From Lancefieldella rimae ATCC 49626 (GTDB lineage: Bacteria; Actinomycetota; Coriobacteriia; Coriobacteriales; Atopobiaceae): DNA of 24,000 nt. Every line of letters starts with the position of its first letter. Within the stretch, counting starts at the first letter, position 1. The notes beneath the pieces are model-generated. The model worked only from the letters and a program-made list of their open reading frames with translations, was not told the DNA's origin and did not search any database. Position numbers and translations under genes: made by a program. Shown here piece by piece: positions 1 to 7,350 of this stretch. Location: NCBI RefSeq assembly GCF_000174015.1, contig NZ_ACFE01000002.1:290430-314429 (forward strand), in the 5' to 3' direction.

Positions 1-822
1 GCGAACCTCTTTCAAGGAACGGCTTGCCGCGTTCTCGTCGGAAAACATGACGATGGTGTAGAGTGCATCCACAAGAGCAAGCTGAGAGATCCTCGATGCC
101 AGCGATTCGGAGCGGTATGCGGTCTCCTCGGCGATAGTCACAAGGCAGGCATCGGCAAGAGCTGTCAGGGGCGAAGAGGGATTGCTCGTGATGACGATGG
201 TAGATGCTCCGACCTCGCGGAGCTTCTCGGCGATCTGAATGGTCTGGATGCAGCGCCCGGAATGTGAGACGAGAAGTGCGCAATCATCCCCATTAGAACG
301 TGATGCGCGCATGAGCTGCAGGTGGAAGTCTGCGTCGTAGGCTACACGCTTGGGCGTGCGCAGGAATTTATGGTAGGCATCTGCCGCCACCACGGAGCTT
401 CCGCCCATGCCATAGAAAGTGAGCTGATAACAATCCTCAATGAGTTTTGCCGCATGGATAATATCTTGCTCAGAGAAAAGCTCTTTGGTATCAGTGAGCG
501 ATCGAATGCTGGATTCAAAGACGGTTTCTGCCATCTGTTTCGGTGTTGACTTGTGCGTTATATGTTCATGGATGGAGACTTCGGGGTCAAATCCTTCTGC
601 CGCAAGTTCTCCACGAAAATCTCGAAAACCCTCAAAACCCAGTTTTTGAGTGAACTTGAAGACTGTTGAATCGGCCATACCTAATGTCTGAGCGATTTGG
701 CTTATGGTCATTTTGGATGCCTTGTGCGGATCAGCGAGAAGAAACTCTGCCAACTGGCGTTCCTTATCCGAGAGCGATGATTCTAATGCACGAACTCTTA
801 CCCTGATAGTCTGGCTGGCCAT
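1..822 (-). CDS. RpiR/MurR-family transcriptional regulator (HTH + SIS sugar-phosphate-binding domain); the 3' end runs off the window
   Basis: I translated the reverse strand by hand from the ATG at complement 820-822. It stays open for all 274 codons down to position 1. The N-terminus, MASQTIRVRVRALESSLSDKERQLAEFLLADPHKASKMTISQIAQTLGMADSTVFKFTQKLGFEGFRDFR, is an RpiR-type HTH. Further on, TFYGMGGSSVVAADAYHKFLR...ALLVSHSGRCIQTIQIAEKLREVGASTIVITSN fits a SIS domain. An AGGAGG Shine-Dalgarno lies at complement 827-832. The ORF is missing from the ORF track because it has no stop inside the window. Confidence 0.9.
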   Translation of the reverse strand, partial: MASQTIRVRVRALESSLSDKERQLAEFLLADPHKASKMTISQIAQTLGMADSTVFKFTQKLGFEGFRDFRGELAAEGFDPEVSIHEHITHKSTPKQMAETVFESSIRSLTDTKELFSEQDIIHAAKLIEDCYQLTFYGMGGSSVVAADAYHKFLRTPKRVAYDADFHLQLMRASRSNGDDCALLVSHSGRCIQTIQIAEKLREVGASTIVITSNPSSPLTALADACLVTIAEETAYRSESLASRISQLALVDALYTIVMFSDENAASRSLKEVR

Positions 823-1017
823 GCTACCTCCTAAGTTAATGAATTACTTTGAGTATATTCGAAAAAAGTTCGATGTCTTTCAAGTTGATGAGAAAATACA
901 AAGGAATATCTCATGAAGATTGTTGATTGTGTGCGAGCCGCATTCCGTTTGATTTTGCAGCTGTGATTCTAGTGAGCAACTAGATACCTCTCAAAAGATA
1001 CTGACGGGCAATTGTAT

Positions 1018-1047
1018 TTGACATTTCCATTAAAATGTTACGAGAAT
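1018..1047 (+). promoter_or_regulatory. Candidate sigma70-type promoter for the lipoprotein gene (-35 TTGACA at 1018-1023, 18-nt spacer, -10 GAGAAT at 1042-1047)
   Basis: The -35 hexamer is a perfect TTGACA and the -10 matches 4 of 6 positions. This would place the transcription start about 24 nt before the ATG at 1078. It also lies inside the 1012-start extension in the ORF track, which argues against that start. The evidence is motif only. Confidence 0.25.
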
Positions 1048-1077
1048 ATGTTGCATTCTATGAATATAGGAGAACCC

Positions 1078-2172
1078 ATGAGCAAGAAACTGTTTACCCG
1101 TCGCTCTTTTACCGGATTGGCAGCAGTAACTACGATGAGCTTCTTTACCGGCTGTGACAAAGTAATGAAGCAGGTCCTTAATGGGTCAGGCCAAGATGAC
1201 GGCAAAGGAAGCAGCCAGACTCAAGGTAAAAACCAAGAGGATGAAAAAGAAAGAGTTCTTGCTGCTTGGAATACAACGCCGTTTGTAGAAAAGCCGGATA
1301 ATCCAACACTGGACGGAGACATCAACAAAATTATCGTTGGTGTATGGCAAGTTGATACGGCTATTGGAGCCGGTGATAAAGCCGGTAAAACCTACGATCA
1401 CGCAGGTATGCTTAACCAGGCATACCATGACGGCACCGTCCCTCACTACATTTTTAAGAGCGACGGTACCCATGAGCTGCACCATTTTGACGGTAAAGTA
1501 GATCATGGCAAATGGACTGCCAAAGGCGATTCAGCCATTTCTTGTGTCTATGAGGAAGACGGGACAACGGATGAGTGGATCTACGACAGGGAAGCGCAAC
1601 GACTCAAGTTTGAAGGTAAATCCGCCATTTCAAGTTATCAAAAACTGAGCGACAACCCCAAAGATACCTCTCAAATTGCCTATATTGATGGCAACGTTGT
1701 CAACTTTGCTGCAACGATACCGGGCGTATGGGAGCTCGTAAGCCTCCATCGTATTAATTCGGATGAACCTGATTTAAGTACAGAGGACGTCAAATCTAAT
1801 ATTAAGAAGACCGGAACAAGCTATTTCTTCTCGGTACATAAAAACGGTTTCTGTGCTCTGTTCTATCCAAGCGGAAGAGTCTTGCCGGGAAGAATTGAGG
1901 CAGAGAGTTCTTCTGACGATAAGCAAACCTATCCGATGCTTGTTGCGGCGTCGGATCAATTTGAAAACGTTGAAGAGGCTTCGCTTCAGGCGCATCCAAA
2001 GCGTCCGACAACTGTTTACGTTAAGTTGAAAGAGGTAGAGCTGCTCTTTCAGCATCTGAATCATCGCGAGGATGACTTTGGCGATATTTCTTATGCTCCA
2101 AAAGCATCGTTCCCATGGCACCTCGATAAGCTCGGCAATCCAACGTCTGAATCGAGTGGCGGTAATTCCTAG
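1078..2172 (+). CDS. Secreted lipoprotein with a Tat-like signal and two lipocalin-like (GxW) repeats; function unknown
   Basis: This uses the frame of ORF 1012..2172. I prefer the ATG at 1078, which is preceded by a GGAG-containing Shine-Dalgarno (...TAGGAGAACCC-ATG). The N-terminus is MSKKLFTRRSFTGLAAVTTMSFFTGC. It has a twin-arginine motif (TRRSF), a hydrophobic core, and a lipobox-like FTGC cysteine. The motif recurs as KIIVGVWQVD and ATIPGVWELV, which suggests two lipocalin-like beta-barrel modules. Confidence 0.7.
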   Translation: MSKKLFTRRSFTGLAAVTTMSFFTGCDKVMKQVLNGSGQDDGKGSSQTQGKNQEDEKERVLAAWNTTPFVEKPDNPTLDGDINKIIVGVWQVDTAIGAGDKAGKTYDHAGMLNQAYHDGTVPHYIFKSDGTHELHHFDGKVDHGKWTAKGDSAISCVYEEDGTTDEWIYDREAQRLKFEGKSAISSYQKLSDNPKDTSQIAYIDGNVVNFAATIPGVWELVSLHRINSDEPDLSTEDVKSNIKKTGTSYFFSVHKNGFCALFYPSGRVLPGRIEAESSSDDKQTYPMLVAASDQFENVEEASLQAHPKRPTTVYVKLKEVELLFQHLNHREDDFGDISYAPKASFPWHLDKLGNPTSESSGGNS

Positions 2173-2663
2173 AATAATTACGTCCCAAAAAGTGGTGTAA
2201 GGGCTATTTCCTTACTACCTTCTAGCCTATATTGTGCCGTCTCCTATAAGGCGGAGCATTGCTTGCTTGGAAGGAAATACCCAACGACACAGTTGCGCCT
2301 TTTAATTTCTCAATATGAGAGAAGCATTGTCAAGTGGCATGACGTAGCAGGCCCTAAGATCTTCTTGGGACTTGCTACTACTTTCAACCAGAGAAGTGCC
2401 TGCGCTGAGCATTCCTTAGTCGGCGCTTGCTCGGCAAGCTAATATTCGCGGGCTTTGCTCCACGCCTTTGCTGGTTATGAGATCCAACAATTGGTAGGGA
2501 GGTGTGGTATCGCACTTCGATTCTTCGTCTGGAACCTTCGGTGCGAAGAGCAGTCTTAATAGCGGACACAGCCGATGGCTGTTCAAAAAAGGTTCGTGAG
2601 TAGATCCCAGCTTCGCGTCGACCACAGACATCTCTGATAAAAGTCTTATGAGATACAGTGGGT

Positions 2664-2790
2664 CTAGCTCTTCTGATAGGTCCCTTCCACCCTGCATCCT
2701 ATCTCCCAGACCCAGCACGCAAGTTCGCGAGCGACCGAGATGGTTGAAACTTTGCTTGTGTTGCCGGCTCTCAAGAGCTGCTCATAGCGT
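2664..2790 (-). mobile_element. IS110-family transposase C-terminal remnant (about the last 40 codons only)
   Basis: The minus-strand frame reads RYEQLLRAGNTSKVSTISVARELACWVWEIGCRVEGTYQKS*. This resembles the conserved C-terminal block of IS110/IS116/IS902 transposases (FYxRL..GK..KVA..AvARkLa..iW). Upstream of about 2790 the open frame is only the antisense of the dps fragment, so the transposase has lost its 5' end. Confidence 0.5.
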
Positions 2791-3087
2791 TTGGAGAGGC
2801 GCTTTGATGAGGTAGCTGAGCTCATTCTCATGAATGAAGGCATGCCGCTTGCTTCTATGGATGAATACCTTAAGAACACCCATCTTAAGGAGGCAGCGGA
2901 TGGCTATAAGGATCCCGCCGAGATCTTCTCCGCTATCCTTGCTGACTATGAGTCGATTCGCAACCTTGCCGCAGAAATCAAGAAAGATGCAGATGCAGAG
3001 GGTAACTACCTAGTGTCTGCCGCCATGGACGAGCACATCGCTGCTCTCTCCAAGACCATTTGGATGATCAAGCAGTCTCAGAAGTAA
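2791..3087 (+). pseudogene. dps: Dps (DNA-protection-during-starvation / ferritin-like) C-terminal fragment, 5'-truncated
   Basis: The 98-aa ORF reads (M)ERRFDEVAELILMNEGMPLASMDEYLKNTHLKEA...ILADYESIRNLAAEIKKDADAEGNYLVSAAMDEHIAALSKTIWMIKQ. This matches the C-terminal two helices of Dps-family proteins. The roughly 55-60 N-terminal residues that carry the ferroxidase-centre histidines are missing. An in-frame TAG sits at 2785-2787, immediately upstream, and only a TTG start is available. Confidence 0.7.
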
Positions 3088-3168
3088 CAAGCAGGGCCCT
3101 CAATTTTAAGAGCCTTCAGTTCTAGAAGCTGAGAAGATCTTAAAGGCGCTTCAGTGAAAGCACTCTAA

Positions 3169-3200
3169 GGGTATCGCTTTAACCAGCGGTACCCTTTTTT
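3169..3200 (+). terminator. Rho-independent terminator downstream of the dps fragment
   Basis: The stem is GGGTATCGC (3169-3177) pairing with GCGGTACCC (3186-3194), 9 bp with one G-U pair. The loop is TTTAACCA and a TTTTTT run follows at 3195-3200. Confidence 0.6.
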
Positions 3201-3362
3201 ATAACGCTTACCCCTACTTTTATACCGTTTACGGGGTTTAGGTAAAAAGTAGATGGCATGGATCTAGAAAGAAGAGCAAAATATTATCTAGAATATATTT
3301 TATTTTGTATATTCAATATAGTAGCAAGAAACGTAATGGCAGAAAACTCAAAGGGAGAGACG

Positions 3363-4280
3363 ATGAAAAAAACACTGAGTAAAGCAGGATATGCGATTCA
3401 GTGTGTTGCGGGTGAGCTATGCAAGTGTGATGTAGGGGACAAGATTCCAACCGTTACAGAGCTTGAAGAACAATGCGGCTGCTCTCGAGGGAATATACAA
3501 AAGGCCCTATCTGTGCTCAAAGAAGCAAAAGTTATTGCACTTGAGGCTCACGGCCAGAACGGAACATACGTAACAAAGATAGATTATGTGCTTATCGCCA
3601 ATGTCTGTGACAAGGATATTATAACGGGGCTCATGCCCTTGCCGTATACGACTCGCTACGAAGGGCTTGCTACAGGCCTTTTATCGGAGTTAAACGAATG
3701 CGGGGAAATAAAGGGATTTCTTTCTTTTGCACGAGGCTCAGAAAACAGGATCGAAGCCTTAAAGAATGGTTTTGTTGACTATGTAGTATTAAGTAGATTT
3801 GCAGCAGAGCAATATATAGCAAGTGGCTTTCCGCTAAAAATAGTCCTGAAATTTGGCCCTCATACCTACGTTGGACGACACGTTCTTCTCGCGCGCCAAG
3901 ACTCTACCGATAATCAGGATCTACTTAAAGTTGGGATTGACGTGTCGTCTGCTGACCAAAGCATGCTTACCAAACAGTACTTCAAGCGCATGGAAGTCGA
4001 TTATGTCCCCGTTCAATATATGAATATCGTAAAAATGCTTGACGAGAAGAGCATAGATGTCGGCATTTGGAACGAAGACGATATCCACGTACTTGAAGAT
4101 CACTTGGATATAAAACCTTTGCATGACCCTGATGAACAGTCGTCTAATAACGAGGCGGTAATTGTGACGTTAAAAAATGACGCTCTTACACAGAGTCTCA
4201 TTGCACACCTGGTCGATAAAGAGCGCGTTTTGAATATTCAAAAGAAGGTTATGTCCGGAAATATGCTTGCTCGGTACTAA
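3363..4280 (+). CDS. yhfZ: YhfZ-family regulator (GntR-like winged HTH + YhfZ C-terminal ligand-binding-like domain)
   Basis: This uses the frame of ORF 3258..4280. I prefer the ATG at 3363, which follows AAGGGAGAG and gives 305 aa (E. coli YhfZ is about 300 aa). The HTH is IPTVTELEEQCGCSRGNIQKALSVLKEAKVIALEAHGQNGTYV. Blocks I remember from E. coli YhfZ are present: MPLPYTTRYEGLATGL, VVLSRFAAEQY, GPHTYVGRH, GIDVSSADQ and a VMSG...Y C-terminus. Confidence 0.9.
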   Translation: MKKTLSKAGYAIQCVAGELCKCDVGDKIPTVTELEEQCGCSRGNIQKALSVLKEAKVIALEAHGQNGTYVTKIDYVLIANVCDKDIITGLMPLPYTTRYEGLATGLLSELNECGEIKGFLSFARGSENRIEALKNGFVDYVVLSRFAAEQYIASGFPLKIVLKFGPHTYVGRHVLLARQDSTDNQDLLKVGIDVSSADQSMLTKQYFKRMEVDYVPVQYMNIVKMLDEKSIDVGIWNEDDIHVLEDHLDIKPLHDPDEQSSNNEAVIVTLKNDALTQSLIAHLVDKERVLNIQKKVMSGNMLARY

Positions 4281-4296
4281 AAGGAGGGGAGAGAGT

Positions 4297-4659
4297 ATGC
4301 GAGAAGTTTTTGAAAGAATTGAAATATTAAAGCAAGCGGGTTTTGTTGACGAGAACGACGCCGAGAGCCTGAAGAACGTTGTTGCACTCATTGAGCATGA
4401 GTGTGGTCCTGCAGAATCTGACGAGCATATTGGCATTATCATTACCCACATTGCCGCTGCTCTTAAAAGAAATGTCGAGGAAGAAGAAATCGCTCCTATC
4501 AATCAGCAGGCACTGGAAGAGGTGTATGCAAGTCCCGTATTCCCAAAAGCAAATCGTATAGCCAACGATATCAGCGACATGTTTGCAGAAAGGTTAAGTA
4601 AAGATGAGTTTGGTTTTGTTCTTGTCCATATAGCCGGTTTGTTGGTGGCACACCAGTAG
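4297..4659 (+). CDS. yhfY: YhfY-like stand-alone PRD-domain protein
   Basis: This uses the frame of ORF 4267..4659. I prefer the ATG at 4297, which follows AAAGGAGGGGAGAG and gives 120 aa, the same size as E. coli YhfY. It has two PRD-like helices with conserved histidines (IIITHIAAALKR and FVLVHIAGLL). There is no DNA- or RNA-binding domain. Confidence 0.8.
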   Translation: MREVFERIEILKQAGFVDENDAESLKNVVALIEHECGPAESDEHIGIIITHIAAALKRNVEEEEIAPINQQALEEVYASPVFPKANRIANDISDMFAERLSKDEFGFVLVHIAGLLVAHQ

Positions 4660-4672
4660 GGAGGAAGAATCT

Positions 4673-5032
4673 ATGAGAATTGCAGTTGGGGGTCTTAATA
4701 AAAACGAAACGGAGGCAGCGATCAAAAAGGCCGACCCTTCAATTGAAGTCGTTGTTACGAACGACATGCAGGGAGCCCAGATGATTAAAAGCGGGAAGGT
4801 TGATTATTACATTGGAGCATGCAATAGCGGCGGCGGAGCAGCTATTTCAATTTTGATTGGACTCGTGGGCTATACGAAGTGTTGCACAGTCTGCAAAAAC
4901 GGGGGCAGCCCCAGCTTTGAGGAAATCAAAAAGTTTGTTGATGAGGGAAAACTGGTATTTGGAACAACGGTAGATACTATCGATACAACAGTGCCCTTAC
5001 TTGTCCGGGCTCTCGTTGAAAAGTCAGAGTAA
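4673..5032 (+). CDS. yhfU: YhfU-like protein (DUF2620 family)
   Basis: The protein is 119 aa. MRIAVGGL...VDYYIGACNSGGGAAISILIGLVGYTKCCT matches the block I remember from E. coli YhfU (LDYYIGACNTGAGAALSIAI..IGYNKSCT). The start lies 13 nt after the yhfY stop and is preceded by GGGAGGAAG. Confidence 0.85.
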   Translation: MRIAVGGLNKNETEAAIKKADPSIEVVVTNDMQGAQMIKSGKVDYYIGACNSGGGAAISILIGLVGYTKCCTVCKNGGSPSFEEIKKFVDEGKLVFGTTVDTIDTTVPLLVRALVEKSE

Positions 5033-5056
5033 ATAACGGTTGAGAGGAAGTGTGTT

Positions 5057-6385
5057 GTGGAAGTTTCTGCGCTAAGCGTTATTTTGATTGGGGCAGTATG
5101 TGCGGTAACAGCTTTGTTATCCCATATGGGCGTTGCAGTTTTTAATGATGGTGTAAGACCGTTTGTCCCAGAATTCCTTGAGGGTCGTATGCCGCGTCCT
5201 GAATATGCTCTTGCGGTGTTTGGTCTTTGCATTGGCTTTATTGCTTCTGTCGGTATCGGCAATGCACTTGCGACAAATCTTTTGAACCCCTGGCTTCTTT
5301 TTCTTGCGACAGACATTATTGGTGCATTTTGCCCAAACAAATGGTCTGCTGCTATTGCGGGAGCTGTATGGGGTGTTCTGTGTCTTGTTAGCCTTGGCGG
5401 TATTAATACAGCTCTTACCTTTCTTCCTGTTGACTTGCTTGGGTCACTTGGTCAGCTTGGAACCTATATTGTTACTGGCTTTGCCCTCTTTCCTGTTCTT
5501 GCCATTACGATGCAGTTTGGTTGGAAGAGAGGTGTCGTTACAGCAGTTTTAGCTATTCTTGCTCGTATTTTTGGGCCTATGTGGAAGTTTGGACCTTCCA
5601 AGGCGTCAATCAGCGCTGATGCATGGATGCTTCTTGTTGGTGTGATTTTGCTCTTTGGCTTCGCAATTGCTCAGGACCTCTCCAATAAAGGCGAGAAGAA
5701 CGGTGAGTTTGAAGGTAACTTGTTCTCTGAACGCGTTGCTCGGATTCGCAAGAATGTTCCATTCCTTATGGTCGGTGGCGCTCTTATTGCAGTTATTTGT
5801 AATCTGCACCTTTTTGCTGGATCAACAGTGTCTATGTTTAGCTTAGCTGATGCCTACCATGGAGCTGCGAATGCCTCAGAACTCATTCAGTCCGCAGCAG
5901 TAAACGAGCTCTTCCGTGGCTTGAGCTTTATCCCCCTGATTGCGGTCACCGCTATTACTACAGGTGTTTACGGAGTTGCTGGCTTTACCTTTATTTACGT
6001 GGCAGGCTATCTTGCTCCAAATCCATTTGTAGCAGCAATCTTGGGAGCCCTTATCATTTTTGTTGAAGTTATGCTCCTTGGGTTTATTGGTAAGCAGCTT
6101 GGACGGTTCCCAAGTCTTCGTGATGCTGCTGACAATATTCGTTCTGCTATGGGAACGTGCGTTGAGTTTGCAGTTCTCTTTGGATCTCTCAATGCGGTAA
6201 TTGCCATGGGAACAAAGATCGGAAACCCGGCTCTTGCCTTTGCGATTGCAGCCGCGGCGTACTATCTCAATGAAGTGACTGGTCGAAAGATCATGCGCAT
6301 GGCCATTGGTCCTGTATTTGCTCTTGTAACGGGCATTATTTTGAACCTTTTGTATTTTGTTGGCCTCGTTGCTCTTGTCGGTTAG
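5057..6385 (+). CDS. yhfT: YhfT-family polytopic membrane protein (putative permease)
   Basis: The protein is 442 aa with a GTG start after GAGAGGAAG. It is hydrophobic throughout, with at least 10 predicted transmembrane segments by eye. Its size (E. coli YhfT is about 434 aa) and its position next to yhfU match YhfT. Confidence 0.82.
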   Translation: MEVSALSVILIGAVCAVTALLSHMGVAVFNDGVRPFVPEFLEGRMPRPEYALAVFGLCIGFIASVGIGNALATNLLNPWLLFLATDIIGAFCPNKWSAAIAGAVWGVLCLVSLGGINTALTFLPVDLLGSLGQLGTYIVTGFALFPVLAITMQFGWKRGVVTAVLAILARIFGPMWKFGPSKASISADAWMLLVGVILLFGFAIAQDLSNKGEKNGEFEGNLFSERVARIRKNVPFLMVGGALIAVICNLHLFAGSTVSMFSLADAYHGAANASELIQSAAVNELFRGLSFIPLIAVTAITTGVYGVAGFTFIYVAGYLAPNPFVAAILGALIIFVEVMLLGFIGKQLGRFPSLRDAADNIRSAMGTCVEFAVLFGSLNAVIAMGTKIGNPALAFAIAAAAYYLNEVTGRKIMRMAIGPVFALVTGIILNLLYFVGLVALVG

Positions 6386-6433
6386 AAAGGCTTGCCGGGC
6401 GTATGAGGTAAGTTTGGATATAAGGTGATGTAG

Positions 6434-7348
6434 ATGATTCAAACAGTGCTTGGACAAATTGATGCAGCAAAGCTTGGTATCACCATGGCGCATGAGCACC
6501 TTTCGGTCAATTTAGGAAGTGTGCGAGGAGATACTGATTCCATCTTTTCGTATTCAAAAGATTTGTTACAGGAGCTCAAAACACTTACTGATGCCGGAGT
6601 GCATACGGTGGTCGAAGTGAGCTGCAATGATATGGGAAGAGACGTCCAAGCACTGCGGAAAATCTCTCAAGAATCCGACTTACAGATTGTATGCTCAACG
6701 GGATTTTATCTTGAGAAGTACCATCCTGCATGGATCAAAGATGCTTCTATAGAAGATATTGAAGAGATTTTTGTTAAAGATCTTACGGTAGGTATCGACG
6801 GTACCAACATCAAGGCGGGAATTATCGGAGAAATTGCTGGTGAGGAGAAGCGCATAACTTCTTCTGAAGAAAAAGTTATGCGCGCTGCCGCGCGTGCTGC
6901 TTCCAAGACGGGATGTGCCGTAACTACTCACTGCCAACTGGGACAAATGGCGCCAGCTCAGGCGGACCTTTTGCTCTCGGAAGGAATGAAACCCGAAAAG
7001 CTGATTTTAGGTCATCTAGATTTGGCGAATGATCTTGACTATTACCATACCGTCCTTGCATATGGGGTAACTATGGGCTTTGATACCTGTGGAAAGACAG
7101 CGTATCTTGCTGACGAGGCGAGAATTAAGAACCTAATAAAATTGATTGAAGAGGGTTTCAGTTCCCAAATAGTACTTTCAACGGACATTTCGCGTAAATC
7201 CTACATGTCAGTCTATGGAGGGCTTGGCTATGCAAGAGTGATGAACTATATTGTTCCGCAGCTCAAAGAGCATGGCGTCTCTACTGACGATATTGATAAT
7301 TTGCTTTCACGTAATCTTGCAAGAATTCTTGATATGGCAAAGGATTAA
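6434..7348 (+). CDS. php: Phosphotriesterase-homology protein (Php/YhfV; amidohydrolase superfamily, binuclear metal centre)
   Basis: The protein is 304 aa. The metal-ligand pattern aligns with my memory of E. coli Php: MAHEHL (HxH), GIDGTNIKAGIIGEIAG (Glu replacing the carbamylated Lys), VTTHC, LGHLDL and LSTDISR. The blocks FDTCGK and IVPQLKEHGVS..DID.LL..N are also present. Confidence 0.92.
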   Translation: MIQTVLGQIDAAKLGITMAHEHLSVNLGSVRGDTDSIFSYSKDLLQELKTLTDAGVHTVVEVSCNDMGRDVQALRKISQESDLQIVCSTGFYLEKYHPAWIKDASIEDIEEIFVKDLTVGIDGTNIKAGIIGEIAGEEKRITSSEEKVMRAAARAASKTGCAVTTHCQLGQMAPAQADLLLSEGMKPEKLILGHLDLANDLDYYHTVLAYGVTMGFDTCGKTAYLADEARIKNLIKLIEEGFSSQIVLSTDISRKSYMSVYGGLGYARVMNYIVPQLKEHGVSTDDIDNLLSRNLARILDMAKD

Positions 7349-7350
7349 GT

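Noticed and set aside
2416-2718. A 100-aa minus-strand ORF and a 61-aa ORF (2384..2569) in the unassigned region beside the IS remnant
   Set aside because: They have no family resemblance and a biased composition (Arg/Ser/Leu-rich). They overlap the end of the transposase frame and more probably lie in the untranslated tail of the IS remnant.
3258-3362. The N-terminal 35-codon extension of the yhfZ ORF (MDLERRAKYYLEYILFCIF...), and likewise 1012-1077 for the lipoprotein
   Set aside because: Neither extension has a Shine-Dalgarno sequence, and both lie in AT-rich promoter-like DNA. The internal ATGs at 3363 and 1078 have good Shine-Dalgarno sequences, and the 3363 start gives a length matching known YhfZ homologues.
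5876-6499. A 207-aa ORF on the minus strand
   Set aside because: It is antisense to the yhfT 3' end and the php 5' end. Its composition is basic, Cys/Asn-rich and not protein-like, and both plus-strand genes have strong family matches.
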